From IMG/VR virus record IMGVR_UViG_3300025135_000004: a stretch of 64,000 nt of DNA; one strand, given 5' to 3'. Each line of letters opens with the position of its first letter. Position 1 is the first letter of the stretch. Positions 1-9,456 of the stretch are shown here, piece after piece. Source of the stretch: an uncultured virus (IMG/VR IMGVR_UViG_3300025135_000004) (lineage: Duplodnaviria; Heunggongvirae; Uroviricota; Caudoviricetes). A model generated the notes under the pieces. The model ran no database searches, had not been told where the DNA came from, and saw only the letters and a list, made by a program, of their open reading frames with translations. Both the position numbers and the translations under genes were made by a program.

Positions 1-3000
1 ACTCATAAATCGGAAATACAACCCCACCAAATGCCGCTCCCTTACAATTTAGGTCAATTGCAAGTCCTGAGTTGTGATTTGAGTATCCTGGCCTCGCTGT
101 CGCTGGACTAAACTCACTTGAGGAAGCAGTTCTAATCCAGTTATCATCATTTTTCTTAGATTTATTTTTTACATTTTGTCTTCTAAGCTCACTTTGAGCT
201 GTCGATATAAATCTACCATTAGAGGCAATAATATTATTGAACGGGTCTCTATACCCACTTGATAGAGCAAGCTTAACTCCATCATTAAGAGCAGCATCCC
301 TCATTGCCTTATAGGCTGATAGCACCTTTGCTGTTACTGGATAGCTATCTATGATGTATAGTTGTTCTGAACCAACTATTTTTCCATCACTCCAAAGGTC
401 TCTAACACCAAGTGAAGTATCATATGTATTTAATTGAGTGTTAGATAAAACAGGTATTGAAAGTGCCACTGGGCCACCTTTAGGTCCATTAACAAAGCCA
501 CTTCCTGTATAATCAGCTGGATTTGCACTGAGATTAGAAATAGCGTTTGAAATAATCCCAGCCGCAAAATTAGCCAATCCCTCCCTATCAGCCGCATCAA
601 ACCCTTGTCCAAGCGCAAGGGGAGCTTCAGACTCACCAAGAGCTCTAAACGTCTGAAGTGTAATTGGTTTTATAGAACCATAACCATCCCCAGGAGAAAA
701 TCTCATTCGTATTCCCTCCATTGATGTTTTCATGTCATTTGGCTGAATACTATGCTTTACCTTCATTACTTGATATAACCCTCCAAATAGTGGTGAATTT
801 TCAAGGAAGAAGAACTGCATTGGATAACACTGGGAGTTTCCAAGCATTTCAACACTTGCCTTATATGAACGACCCGCAAGAACTGGGAGCATTGAGCAGT
901 CGGTTGTTACTTTCTTATTTTGGTTTTCATTATCAACCAATCTTTGCAAGTTAACAATACTTTCTGCAGTAACTTTATTATCTTCGGTCCCAACTTGTAT
1001 GCTACTTACAATTTGATTATCTGGATGGCCGTATTTAATCACAAATGACCCTACATTATAAGTCTTCTGCTTATCTGCATAATCAGCAAGAGCTGTTCCA
1101 TCAGTGTTTTTTGTCTTAGTTCTTGACTCAGGCGTTGGAGTAAACAATACATGAAAGAAATTCTTAATTGTAATATTTGCTGGCTCTCTACTTGGAGTAT
1201 AAATTTCCTTTACATTCAGGTATCCTGGATTTCCAGGAATCGGAATGAATAAAAAATTATTCTTTGTACAAACTTGTTGAATTATGTTTAGAATCGTTGT
1301 ATTAGCATTTGGCTTATACAATGGCTCTAAATTTATAATAGAATCTCTAACATCAATTGGGTCCTTGGGAGCAGCTATCCTTTGCATTGGGTAGTCATAG
1401 ATAAAAGTTCCGTCTGGAACTGATGACGACTGGTTTTGATTAGCTATATTAAGGCAGATTTTTCCCGCATTTGGACCAGAACTAACTTCAGATAAACTTT
1501 GTAGCTCTTCCGCTGTTAGACTAACTCCCTCGGCAAGTTCTTCTTGAGAAAAACAAAGCATTTCATTAATCTGAAGGTCTTTATGATTATTTCCAAATCT
1601 TCTCTCAAGAGATGTTGCAACATCAAACACCCTTCCTTTTGTTCCTCCATCTCCAGTTTTGTTTTCATCAACATCACCACAAAGAGAACCGCTTGAATCT
1701 CTCATGTCCTTATAAGAAAGTGTTTGCCACTGATGAAATAAAGTATGCATTTGCTTATATATTGAACCTTCCTGGTCTCCAGCTTTACCAAGAACTTCTC
1801 CAATTATCTGATTTCTCTTATCTTCAATATTTTTTATTTTTTCCAAAATAACTTCAGCACACTTTTTAATATAAGCTCTTTGATTTCTACCTCCATAGGT
1901 TATATTAAATAATCCAAAAATAAGACCTGAGTCTTCTTCTTCTCCGATGTGAGCACAAACCGTATACCCAACTGAACCTGCGAATGTTGACCCTTCTGGA
2001 CTTTCGCTGACTATTGATTCTGCGCTGTCTGACCTAAATGATTTTCTCCACTTTAACTGAGCATCAGCTCCAGTGTAAAATGCTGGGCCTGGATTTTTAC
2101 ACTTACTGAAATCAAATACATTATCTCCAAAAGAAGTGGATGTTCCATCTCTATAGCCCACAAGTGTGCCAACTCTGTTTAATAAATATTTATCACCAAC
2201 TTGAACCTCAGCTTCATCCCCTTGTTTTCCAAATTTAGCATTAAGAGAAATGTATCCAGTAGGCTCATTTTGTCCAGCATCAGTAGTATCTTTATTTGAA
2301 TTTTTAAATTGAGAATCTGACGGAGCGGTATTTGCCTCAAGAGCTCTCTTATGGTCTTCTCCTTCAAATAAAGCAACCATATACACATTTTTCTCTAAAG
2401 TTCTTTCTTGAGGGGCACCGCTTATATATTTAATTAATTTTTGTGGATACATGTAAGCTATTCCGTTGTTAATTATTCTTGTCGCAGTGTAGTCGGTTGT
2501 GTCAACAAAGGAAAGTGGATTTTGTGCATTTCTGACACCTTCTGATTTCAAACCCGACAAGAAAGATGTTACTAATCCATTTAACCCGCTCGCTGCACCA
2601 TCAGTTTGGTCTTCCCTTCTTGATTCAACGTCTTCAATATCTGTAAACCCTTCAAGCCTTTCGCCAACAACACTTATATTTGCCAACAACGATTCATTGG
2701 ATAGTTCATTCCACACTTGTTTAAATGTCAAGTACTCCAATCCCCCTTCTGCACCCTTAGCAAGTTGAGATTTTGAGAATTTATTAATTTCTTCAACAGA
2801 TACTTCGTCAACTTTTTGATTTTTATTGCTCATTACAACTTTCCAATTCAATACGTCTGCGCCACTAAAATCAGTAACTCCATCAGTAATTAAATTACCT
2901 CCATCATCAAAATCTCCATCATATTTTATTCCAGGTTTCCCCTCTGAATCTGCAATAGCTTCACAATCTGAGGTAAAATATCTTGAGAAAAATGTAGCAA

Positions 3001-4693
3001 ACCTCCTGAGTAATAAAAAATCAACATCTGAAAGATTTTGTATTATGCTATCAGTAACATTTTGCATATCCCTATCTGCCAACTCCTGGATTGATTGAAT
3101 ATCATCCCTATCTGTCAATATATTTGTATAATCTCCAGGGAGATTTGGGTCATTACTCCGAGTCATATAAGCTGCAATCCCACCTCTAACAAGGATATTT
3201 GTTGCTATATTTGTGTAATATGGTTTGTATGGATTTGATGATGACATCTCTATATTATTAACCCTCTGCTTAAGGATGCTATCATCTTGTCCATTTTGTT
3301 CATTGTTCGAAAGAAGGTCTTTTGCTATACCCTCACTAATTGCTGAAATAAAATTTTTAACAAACTGCATCTCATGCTCATCAACACCAACTCCAGCTGC
3401 ATCATTTCCTAAGTTTTTTTTAGTTGCTGGAACCTCTTCTCCATCTTCAAGTAAAACCAGCGGAAATGATTGCCCAATTAGACGACCTTTATCAACTAAA
3501 TTATCTCTTGCGCCTTGTCTATCTTTATCTCCTCTATATCCATCAAGACCAGCATCAAGTATACTTCCCATTGTATAGGCTGAATCTTTTGCGAGTTGAG
3601 AAAATATTTCTCCTATAGTTATTTTTTCAAGTTTAGTTTCAGATGTTGCAAATACCCTTCTCTTAATTTCATCATCAACTTTTTGTAGGTTGGCAGATAT
3701 TTTATTTAAAGCATCTGCTTTTGCTGTGTTGATAGCGTCATTACCACCAGCTACGTTTGATTGGTCGCTAAATGTCTTATAATTTTTGGTAATACTCCCA
3801 AAACTATCTTGTCCATTAAATTCTATAGCTAAAAGCAAGTATGAATTCAAAGTTGATAGCTCTCTTGGATTTCCAAGTTTTAACTCCAACTTTTCCTTGG
3901 TATCTATATTTGCATCAAGAGATTTTAATTTAGGAATTGTAATTTTCTGAAAATCTTTTACTGGTTGATTATTAACTACTCCATCTATTTCTTGGCCCTC
4001 CGACACTATATTTGTTGCCGTAATTGCTCTGGCCAAATTTGATTTAAGTGAACCAAGCTGGTTAACAAGTTCATCAAATTCTTTTGTGGTATCACTTGTT
4101 TTTATTTCAACTTGCTTACCAATCTTTATGAGGTCGAAAACACTAATTACATTTTTTAATTGCTCCTGACTTGCTCCAGGACCAATCTTATCTTTTCTCA
4201 ATCTTTTTACAGCAAGAAGATAAAGAAATGGAAGGTCTGCGAAAAAACCCCATTGATTTGGAACAAATTCACACTTAACATCATAGCTACCATCACTTGA
4301 GTTAAATGATGTGCTCGTTCTCTTTAAATTAAGAACCCAACTTGCTGGCTTTCCAAGGTAACCTTTAAATGAAAATAAAAATTTTGGAGGGGGCCAATTA
4401 AATAAAACACTATAGTCATGAGATTGATTATCACTATCTGCATTTCTACTTTGACCTCCAAATACCGTTAAGCCATAAAGGTCTTTAAAAGTAATTGTGA
4501 CAAGAGGTTGGAGAGATGTGTTTATTTCAATATCAATATTGGTTATACCAAAACCAATTCCCTCCCTAAAAAACTCTGTACTAAAAAGTTTTCTCCCAAG
4601 GAAATCAAAAGTAGTTCCACCAACGCAAGCCTCAAGCTTTACGTCAATGAAAAGGTCTTTCATACTAAATGGTTCTGGTTGCTCTTGTGCCAT
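1..4693 (-). CDS. Large baseplate hub/tail-associated protein with C-terminal M15B (VanY-like) Zn peptidase domain; runs off the window start (>1560 aa)
   Basis: ATG at 4693 (MAQEQPEPFSMKDLF), 2 nt after the stop of the upstream gene. The frame appears open to base 1 (absent from the ORF track, which needs a stop). The distal part translates as YKAMRDAALNDGVKLALSSGYRDP...ATARPGYSNHNSGLAIDL, containing the SxHxxGxAxD M15 motif. Confidence 0.8.
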   Translation of the reverse strand, partial: MAQEQPEPFSMKDLFIDVKLEACVGGTTFDFLGRKLFSTEFFREGIGFGITNIDIEINTSLQPLVTITFKDLYGLTVFGGQSRNADSDNQSHDYSVLFNWPPPKFLFSFKGYLGKPASWVLNLKRTSTSFNSSDGSYDVKCEFVPNQWGFFADLPFLYLLAVKRLRKDKIGPGASQEQLKNVISVFDLIKIGKQVEIKTSDTTKEFDELVNQLGSLKSNLARAITATNIVSEGQEIDGVVNNQPVKDFQKITIPKLKSLDANIDTKEKLELKLGNPRELSTLNSYLLLAIEFNGQDSFGSITKNYKTFSDQSNVAGGNDAINTAKADALNKISANLQKVDDEIKRRVFATSETKLEKITIGEIFSQLAKDSAYTMGSILDAGLDGYRGDKDRQGARDNLVDKGRLIGQSFPLVLLEDGEEVPATKKNLGNDAAGVGVDEHEMQFVKNFISAISEGIAKDLLSNNEQNGQDDSILKQRVNNIEMSSSNPYKPYYTNIATNILVRGGIAAYMTRSNDPNLPGDYTNILTDRDDIQSIQELADRDMQNVTDSIIQNLSDVDFLLLRRFATFFSRYFTSDCEAIADSEGKPGIKYDGDFDDGGNLITDGVTDFSGADVLNWKVVMSNKNQKVDEVSVEEINKFSKSQLAKGAEGGLEYLTFKQVWNELSNESLLANISVVGERLEGFTDIEDVESRREDQTDGAASGLNGLVTSFLSGLKSEGVRNAQNPLSFVDTTDYTATRIINNGIAYMYPQKLIKYISGAPQERTLEKNVYMVALFEGEDHKRALEANTAPSDSQFKNSNKDTTDAGQNEPTGYISLNAKFGKQGDEAEVQVGDKYLLNRVGTLVGYRDGTSTSFGDNVFDFSKCKNPGPAFYTGADAQLKWRKSFRSDSAESIVSESPEGSTFAGSVGYTVCAHIGEEEDSGLIFGLFNITYGGRNQRAYIKKCAEVILEKIKNIEDKRNQIIGEVLGKAGDQEGSIYKQMHTLFHQWQTLSYKDMRDSSGSLCGDVDENKTGDGGTKGRVFDVATSLERRFGNNHKDLQINEMLCFSQEELAEGVSLTAEELQSLSEVSSGPNAGKICLNIANQNQSSSVPDGTFIYDYPMQRIAAPKDPIDVRDSIINLEPLYKPNANTTILNIIQQVCTKNNFLFIPIPGNPGYLNVKEIYTPSREPANITIKNFFHVLFTPTPESRTKTKNTDGTALADYADKQKTYNVGSFVIKYGHPDNQIVSSIQVGTEDNKVTAESIVNLQRLVDNENQNKKVTTDCSMLPVLAGRSYKASVEMLGNSQCYPMQFFFLENSPLFGGLYQVMKVKHSIQPNDMKTSMEGIRMRFSPGDGYGSIKPITLQTFRALGESEAPLALGQGFDAADREGLANFAAGIISNAISNLSANPADYTGSGFVNGPKGGPVALSIPVLSNTQLNTYDTSLGVRDLWSDGKIVGSEQLYIIDSYPVTAKVLSAYKAMRDAALNDGVKLALSSGYRDPFNNIIASNGRFISTAQSELRRQNVKNKSKKNDDNWIRTASSSEFSPATARPGYSNHNSGLAIDLNCKGAAFGGVVFPIYE

Positions 4694-4695
4694 AA

Positions 4696-5001
4696 TTATC
4701 CTCTATCTCTTCTTGCAACTATTTTACCAGTAACTTCAGATAAAACATCTTGAAGTGGATATGGTACTCTGATTACAGTGTTATCTGGAATGTCAAATTC
4801 CATAAAATATTCCTCATTAGCCCATAGTATCAGTTTCCAGAATGTTTCATCCTTGTAGATGGTTCCAGCAATTGTATCAAGCCTATTCTTTTGTTTATTA
4901 TATAAAACTGATTTATCAGAACTTCTCTTGCTAATAGATATGGGTGGCATATTTTTTAGCACATCATTTGATTTCAGTAAATTATAGAAATTATATGGCA
5001 T
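4696..5001 (-). CDS. Baseplate wedge gp53-like / LysM-like tail protein
   Basis: RLDTIAGTIYKDETFWKLILWAN...IPDNTVIRVP pattern typical of gp53/tail-X LysM-like proteins; baseplate context. Confidence 0.7.
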   Translation of the reverse strand: MPYNFYNLLKSNDVLKNMPPISISKRSSDKSVLYNKQKNRLDTIAGTIYKDETFWKLILWANEEYFMEFDIPDNTVIRVPYPLQDVLSEVTGKIVARRDRG

Positions 5002-5052
5002 CGTATTTATTTTTCTATAAATAATACGAATAAAAAATATGAAAATAAAGTA

Positions 5053-8000
5053 TTAAGCTCTGGTTACTCCCTTAAGCGGACTAAACATACCACCAGCATC
5101 AGTAGAAAGAGGTGGGCGAGAGTTTTGTGCCATAAATGGACCAATGATATTAAAGTTAATACTCACGAGGACCCACATAGGCTGAACTCTTCCTCCGTCA
5201 AGTGTCCATGGAGCATCAGCATAGTCAAATGCAACGCTGTTTACAACGATGTCATGATTCCACCAATCTCCAAGATGAATGTGGCATATAGGTGGCTTGG
5301 TGAATGAAAATCCAGTCTTAGGAATCTCATCCCCCTCATATGCAGCAGCAGGCCTTGTAAGCTTAGATAAAAACTCAACCTTTCTGACAAAATCAACTTT
5401 ATCTCCAGAGAAAAAAGCTGGTTGAAACATTAAACTTTGCTTCATTGTGTCGATTCTGGTTATAGTATCTTCTGGTTTAGTAATTATTTCTCCATTATTA
5501 AATTCTCGCTTAGTTACATTTATGTTATAAACATTATTGCCAACAATATTAGTTTCGGAATAATTTGTAACTGTATTGAAATCAGCATCAGTTTGCCCAA
5601 TAGAACTCTCTGTATTACCAAGTTCTTTAGTAATATTAGCCAATTCTATTGATAGAGCTGCGCCTTCTGTGTTGTTTTTAAATTTATTAAAAGCTATTTC
5701 CTTATCTTTCTTTTCCTTATTTTTCTTAGCACTTGCAACATTTGAACTTACTTGTGTTGGCCCCTCTCCTGTAGTAGCTGTTATCTCTGGCTGTTTCTCC
5801 AATTGAATTGCTTCGGCATTATTCTCTGAAATCTTATCATTAACTTCATTCATTTTTTTAGTTTGCTCAGACTTAAGTTTTTGAAGCTGCTCTTCCTTAA
5901 GTTGTCTTCGAGAATTTTGTGATACATCAGAGTCGGTAAAATGACGACTTATGTTGGCTGTAACTTTTTCCATGTTTTCGCTCCCCCAATCTCTACCAAT
6001 GTCAACATTTTGAGAATAATCTGTAAGCACATAAAATGATATTGACGCATCCCTGCTGGAATTATTGTATGTGTAAACAGCCTCTGGTCTTCCAAGAAAA
6101 TTTGTAGAATTCCAATTTGCATTTTCTGTATTTGAAATACTTTGAATGTATGGAGGGAAGAAAAACTGGTCTCCGCTCGAATAATTCTTGATGTAAAATA
6201 TAAGTTTTCCAGCTTGCCCAGGAGCATAAGGATTTGCTATTGTAAACCTTTGTCTTGATACCTTAGGTGAACCATCTCTATTAACTCCAGTAATGTAAGC
6301 CTTGTTGTTCTGTGGGTCAAAATTTGCAGCTAAAGGTGAATCACTCTTTTTAATTGTATTAACAATGTGTTTAACACCTCTTTTTCCAGCAAAGAAATCA
6401 CTATCCTCAAAAGGATTTCCAAGAACTGTCTTAGCCATCATTGATTCTGCTGAACCAAGCTCTGCGCCCACAGCATTTGGCCTTAATATATCAGCCTCTC
6501 CAGCTCCACCCGCATAATAAACTCCTCCATTCTTCTGAATTATGTTAGTTGGAGTCGTGAGCGTTCTTAGCTGAGCCAAAGCCTTAAAGGAGCCAATTGT
6601 CTTTTGAATTAGGTCTTGAAATCCGTCTTGTGCAAAATTATTTAAAGCATTAAGAGAATCTGGATTTCCAGCTTGTAATCCACGCAAATTAAATGTACTT
6701 CTCTCTTGAGCATATTTTCTTATCGTAGTTGTAACAGAACCTTCCAAGTAATTAACAAAAGTTTGTCTCTTAAAGAATGGGTCCAAAAATTCTCCACCCT
6801 TAGGATTTTTTGAATTTACAGAATAAAGAGCATCAGTTATTTCCCTTTCTTTTCTACCAGTTGGAAAATCAACACTCTGGCTGGTTCCATATAACTTCTG
6901 CATCTCCCTACCCTTAGTCACAATATAATCATCCGTTGAAAATATCGCTTTAGCTGTAGGTGTTTTATATGGCTCAAGAGGAGAATAGTCAACAATATTT
7001 GTATTATAGCTACCTTGCATTATTCTTCCAAGCTTCCAATTTTGATTTGTTGAAGTATATTCATTACTACTAATCTGCCAATTATTTGGAACCTGATTGT
7101 TTTTTCTGAATGTTTCAGAATCTAAAAGTAAATTAGTGTTTTTTGACTTATTCTTAGAGAATAGCAATTGTCTAATGAGAATACCCTGAGTAAACACTCT
7201 TGATATTCCCAGGAACGCACTGGTTCCAGCACCTTGCACATTTACACCAAGAAGGCCAAATCCAGCATTCTTTGCGATAGCACTATTCCTAAACGATGAA
7301 GAATCAGTCAACAAATCTGTTCCACTTGAAACATTTGGAGAAAGATTGCTTTCCCTAAAAGGAATAGAATCAAATAATACACTTGTGCTATTGGGAACGT
7401 TTGCTGCAATACCATTCGCTCTAAATAAAGCTGAATCAACAAGTAGGTTGCTATTACTCGGAACATTTGAAGATAGGTTGTCAGCTCTAAAATCTTCAGA
7501 ATCTACAAACAAATTACTATTACTTGGCACATTTGCAGAAAGGTCATCTTCTCTAAATGGAACTGAGTCAAGCTCTAAGTCACTATTGTTTGGAACATTT
7601 GGAGAAAGGTTATTAAACAAAAATGGTGTAGAGTCGGTTGCTAAGTCACTTGTACTTGGTACATTAAAAGATAAGTCATCCTCTCTAAATTGAACCGAAT
7701 CTTCTTCAAGATTACTAAAATTAGGAGTATTCAAAGAAAGGTCATCTATTCTAAATTGTACTGAATCAATTTCAAGATTTGTAAAACTCGGTTTATTTAA
7801 AGAGAGGTCATCTTCTCTAAATATAACAGAATCAGATTCTAAATCTGTAAAACTCGGTTTATTTGCAGATAAGTCATCTGCTCTAAATGGAGCTGAATCC
7901 GTCTCCAGGTCACTATTATTTGGTATATTTACAGAAAGGTCATCTGCCCTAAATTGAGCCGAATCTTTCTCAAGGTCACTAAAATTTGGTTTATTTAAAG

Positions 8001-9417
8001 AAAGGTCATCTTTTCTAAAATTAACAGAATCTCTCTCAAGGTCACTTTTGCTTGGCTTATTTAAAGAAAGGTCATCTGTTCTAAACTGAATTGAGTCATT
8101 TTCTAAATTTGTAAAACTTGGTTTATTTGCAGATAAGTCATCTGCTCTAAATGGAGCTGAATCTTTCTCAAGGTCACTAACCTTCGGTTTATTTGCCGAT
8201 AAGTCATCTGCCCTAAACTCTTCAGAATCCTTTTCAAGATTAGATTTTTTAGGGAGATTATTTGATAAATCGTCTTTTCTAAATACAACAGAATCACTCT
8301 CAATATTAGAATTACTTGGAATGTTCTTTGCCAGGCTATTGATTCTTTTTTCTTTAGCTATATCATCAATATTTGGCCCAACACCATTAGCATCTTTTGA
8401 TAGGTTATTGTTTCTGTAAATTTCAGAATCCTTATCAATATCATATTTTGCAGGAATATTCTTAGTGAGATTATTTCTTCTAAAAGCACTATTATCTCTT
8501 TCAATGTCACTATCCTTAGGAACATTTCTGTTGATGTCGTTCTTTCTGAACTGATTTCTTACACTCTCAGAATCTCTTAATAAATCCTGGTCCTTAGGAA
8601 GATTTTTTGATAATTCATTTTTTCTAAATGCATCTGAGGTTTCTTCAATAGAAGAAGTGTTTGATGAGTTCTTTGCTAATTGATTTTCTCTCCTAAGCCT
8701 TGATAGCTCTTCAGCATTATCGGTGCCACTATCATTATTCTTAGCAATATTGTTTCTTCTAAATGCTTCAGAATCTTTTTCAAGGTCAGCATTAATTGGT
8801 ACGTTCTTATGAATATCATTCTTTCTAAATTGATTTCTGAATGATTCACTATCTCTTAATAAATCCTGCTCCTTAGGAGTGTTCTTAGAAATGTTATTAC
8901 CCCTAAATGTAGGACTATTATCATCAATGCTATCAGCGAGTGATGGATTCGGTTTATTTTTAGAAATATTATTTCTCCTTATTAATTCAGAATCTTTTTC
9001 AATATCACTTGAGTTTGGTGAGTTTTTTGAAATAAGATTTTTTCTGAAAGAATCACCATCTCTCATTAACCTTTCTCTATCATCCTGAATCTTAGCTCTT
9101 GCAAGCATCGAGTTTCTAAAGTCAACAGAAATCTTTTCTAAATCAGTCTCATCAGTAATAATTTTCGCAATTAATCTATCTCTAATGATTTTCGCATCTT
9201 CCTCAAGATTACTTTCAAATGGAGTATTTTTTGACAATAAAACCTCCCTTGTCTGTGGATACAGTACATCATAAACAGTGATTGGTCTAACGATAGCTTT
9301 TGCAAGAAGTCTTTGTCTGGCATTTGCTGAGAATTCTTCATAGTATTCTTTTAGCCTCTGCTCTTGTCTCGCTGCTTCATCATTAGGGTCAAATAAAGGA
9401 AAACCGTCTTCCATCAA
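5053..9417 (-). CDS. Baseplate/tail-tube-initiator-like protein with long N-terminal 22-aa repeat region
   Basis: C-terminal FPPYIQSISNTENANWNSTNFLGRPEAVYTYNNSSR and PPICHIHLGDWW...VNSVAFDY...PW...QPM resemble contractile-tail tube-initiator/baseplate proteins; lies between the tape measure and the gp53-like gene. Confidence 0.6.
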   Translation of the reverse strand: MMEDGFPLFDPNDEAARQEQRLKEYYEEFSANARQRLLAKAIVRPITVYDVLYPQTREVLLSKNTPFESNLEEDAKIIRDRLIAKIITDETDLEKISVDFRNSMLARAKIQDDRERLMRDGDSFRKNLISKNSPNSSDIEKDSELIRRNNISKNKPNPSLADSIDDNSPTFRGNNISKNTPKEQDLLRDSESFRNQFRKNDIHKNVPINADLEKDSEAFRRNNIAKNNDSGTDNAEELSRLRRENQLAKNSSNTSSIEETSDAFRKNELSKNLPKDQDLLRDSESVRNQFRKNDINRNVPKDSDIERDNSAFRRNNLTKNIPAKYDIDKDSEIYRNNNLSKDANGVGPNIDDIAKEKRINSLAKNIPSNSNIESDSVVFRKDDLSNNLPKKSNLEKDSEEFRADDLSANKPKVSDLEKDSAPFRADDLSANKPSFTNLENDSIQFRTDDLSLNKPSKSDLERDSVNFRKDDLSLNKPNFSDLEKDSAQFRADDLSVNIPNNSDLETDSAPFRADDLSANKPSFTDLESDSVIFREDDLSLNKPSFTNLEIDSVQFRIDDLSLNTPNFSNLEEDSVQFREDDLSFNVPSTSDLATDSTPFLFNNLSPNVPNNSDLELDSVPFREDDLSANVPSNSNLFVDSEDFRADNLSSNVPSNSNLLVDSALFRANGIAANVPNSTSVLFDSIPFRESNLSPNVSSGTDLLTDSSSFRNSAIAKNAGFGLLGVNVQGAGTSAFLGISRVFTQGILIRQLLFSKNKSKNTNLLLDSETFRKNNQVPNNWQISSNEYTSTNQNWKLGRIMQGSYNTNIVDYSPLEPYKTPTAKAIFSTDDYIVTKGREMQKLYGTSQSVDFPTGRKEREITDALYSVNSKNPKGGEFLDPFFKRQTFVNYLEGSVTTTIRKYAQERSTFNLRGLQAGNPDSLNALNNFAQDGFQDLIQKTIGSFKALAQLRTLTTPTNIIQKNGGVYYAGGAGEADILRPNAVGAELGSAESMMAKTVLGNPFEDSDFFAGKRGVKHIVNTIKKSDSPLAANFDPQNNKAYITGVNRDGSPKVSRQRFTIANPYAPGQAGKLIFYIKNYSSGDQFFFPPYIQSISNTENANWNSTNFLGRPEAVYTYNNSSRDASISFYVLTDYSQNVDIGRDWGSENMEKVTANISRHFTDSDVSQNSRRQLKEEQLQKLKSEQTKKMNEVNDKISENNAEAIQLEKQPEITATTGEGPTQVSSNVASAKKNKEKKDKEIAFNKFKNNTEGAALSIELANITKELGNTESSIGQTDADFNTVTNYSETNIVGNNVYNINVTKREFNNGEIITKPEDTITRIDTMKQSLMFQPAFFSGDKVDFVRKVEFLSKLTRPAAAYEGDEIPKTGFSFTKPPICHIHLGDWWNHDIVVNSVAFDYADAPWTLDGGRVQPMWVLVSINFNIIGPFMAQNSRPPLSTDAGGMFSPLKGVTRA
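7260..9240 (-). repeat. Intragenic ~66-nt (22-aa) tandem repeat, consensus about SxNKPxxSDLExDSxxFRxDDL
   Basis: Visible in the translation (e.g. LSANKPSFTNLENDSIQFRTDD) and in DNA as recurring aggtcatct..tctaaa; most regular at about 7260-8320. Confidence 0.9.
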
Positions 9418-9456
9418 TTAGTGTTTATTATAAATAATGAGATAAAAAAAATAGAG

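Noticed and set aside
430..4753. Short ORFs listed in the track over 430-4753
   Set aside because: They are antisense or out-of-frame shadows of the long minus-strand ORF 4693-<1
7260..8320. 66-nt periodic repeat as a CRISPR array
   Set aside because: It lies in frame within a 1454-aa ORF and varies in a codon-like way
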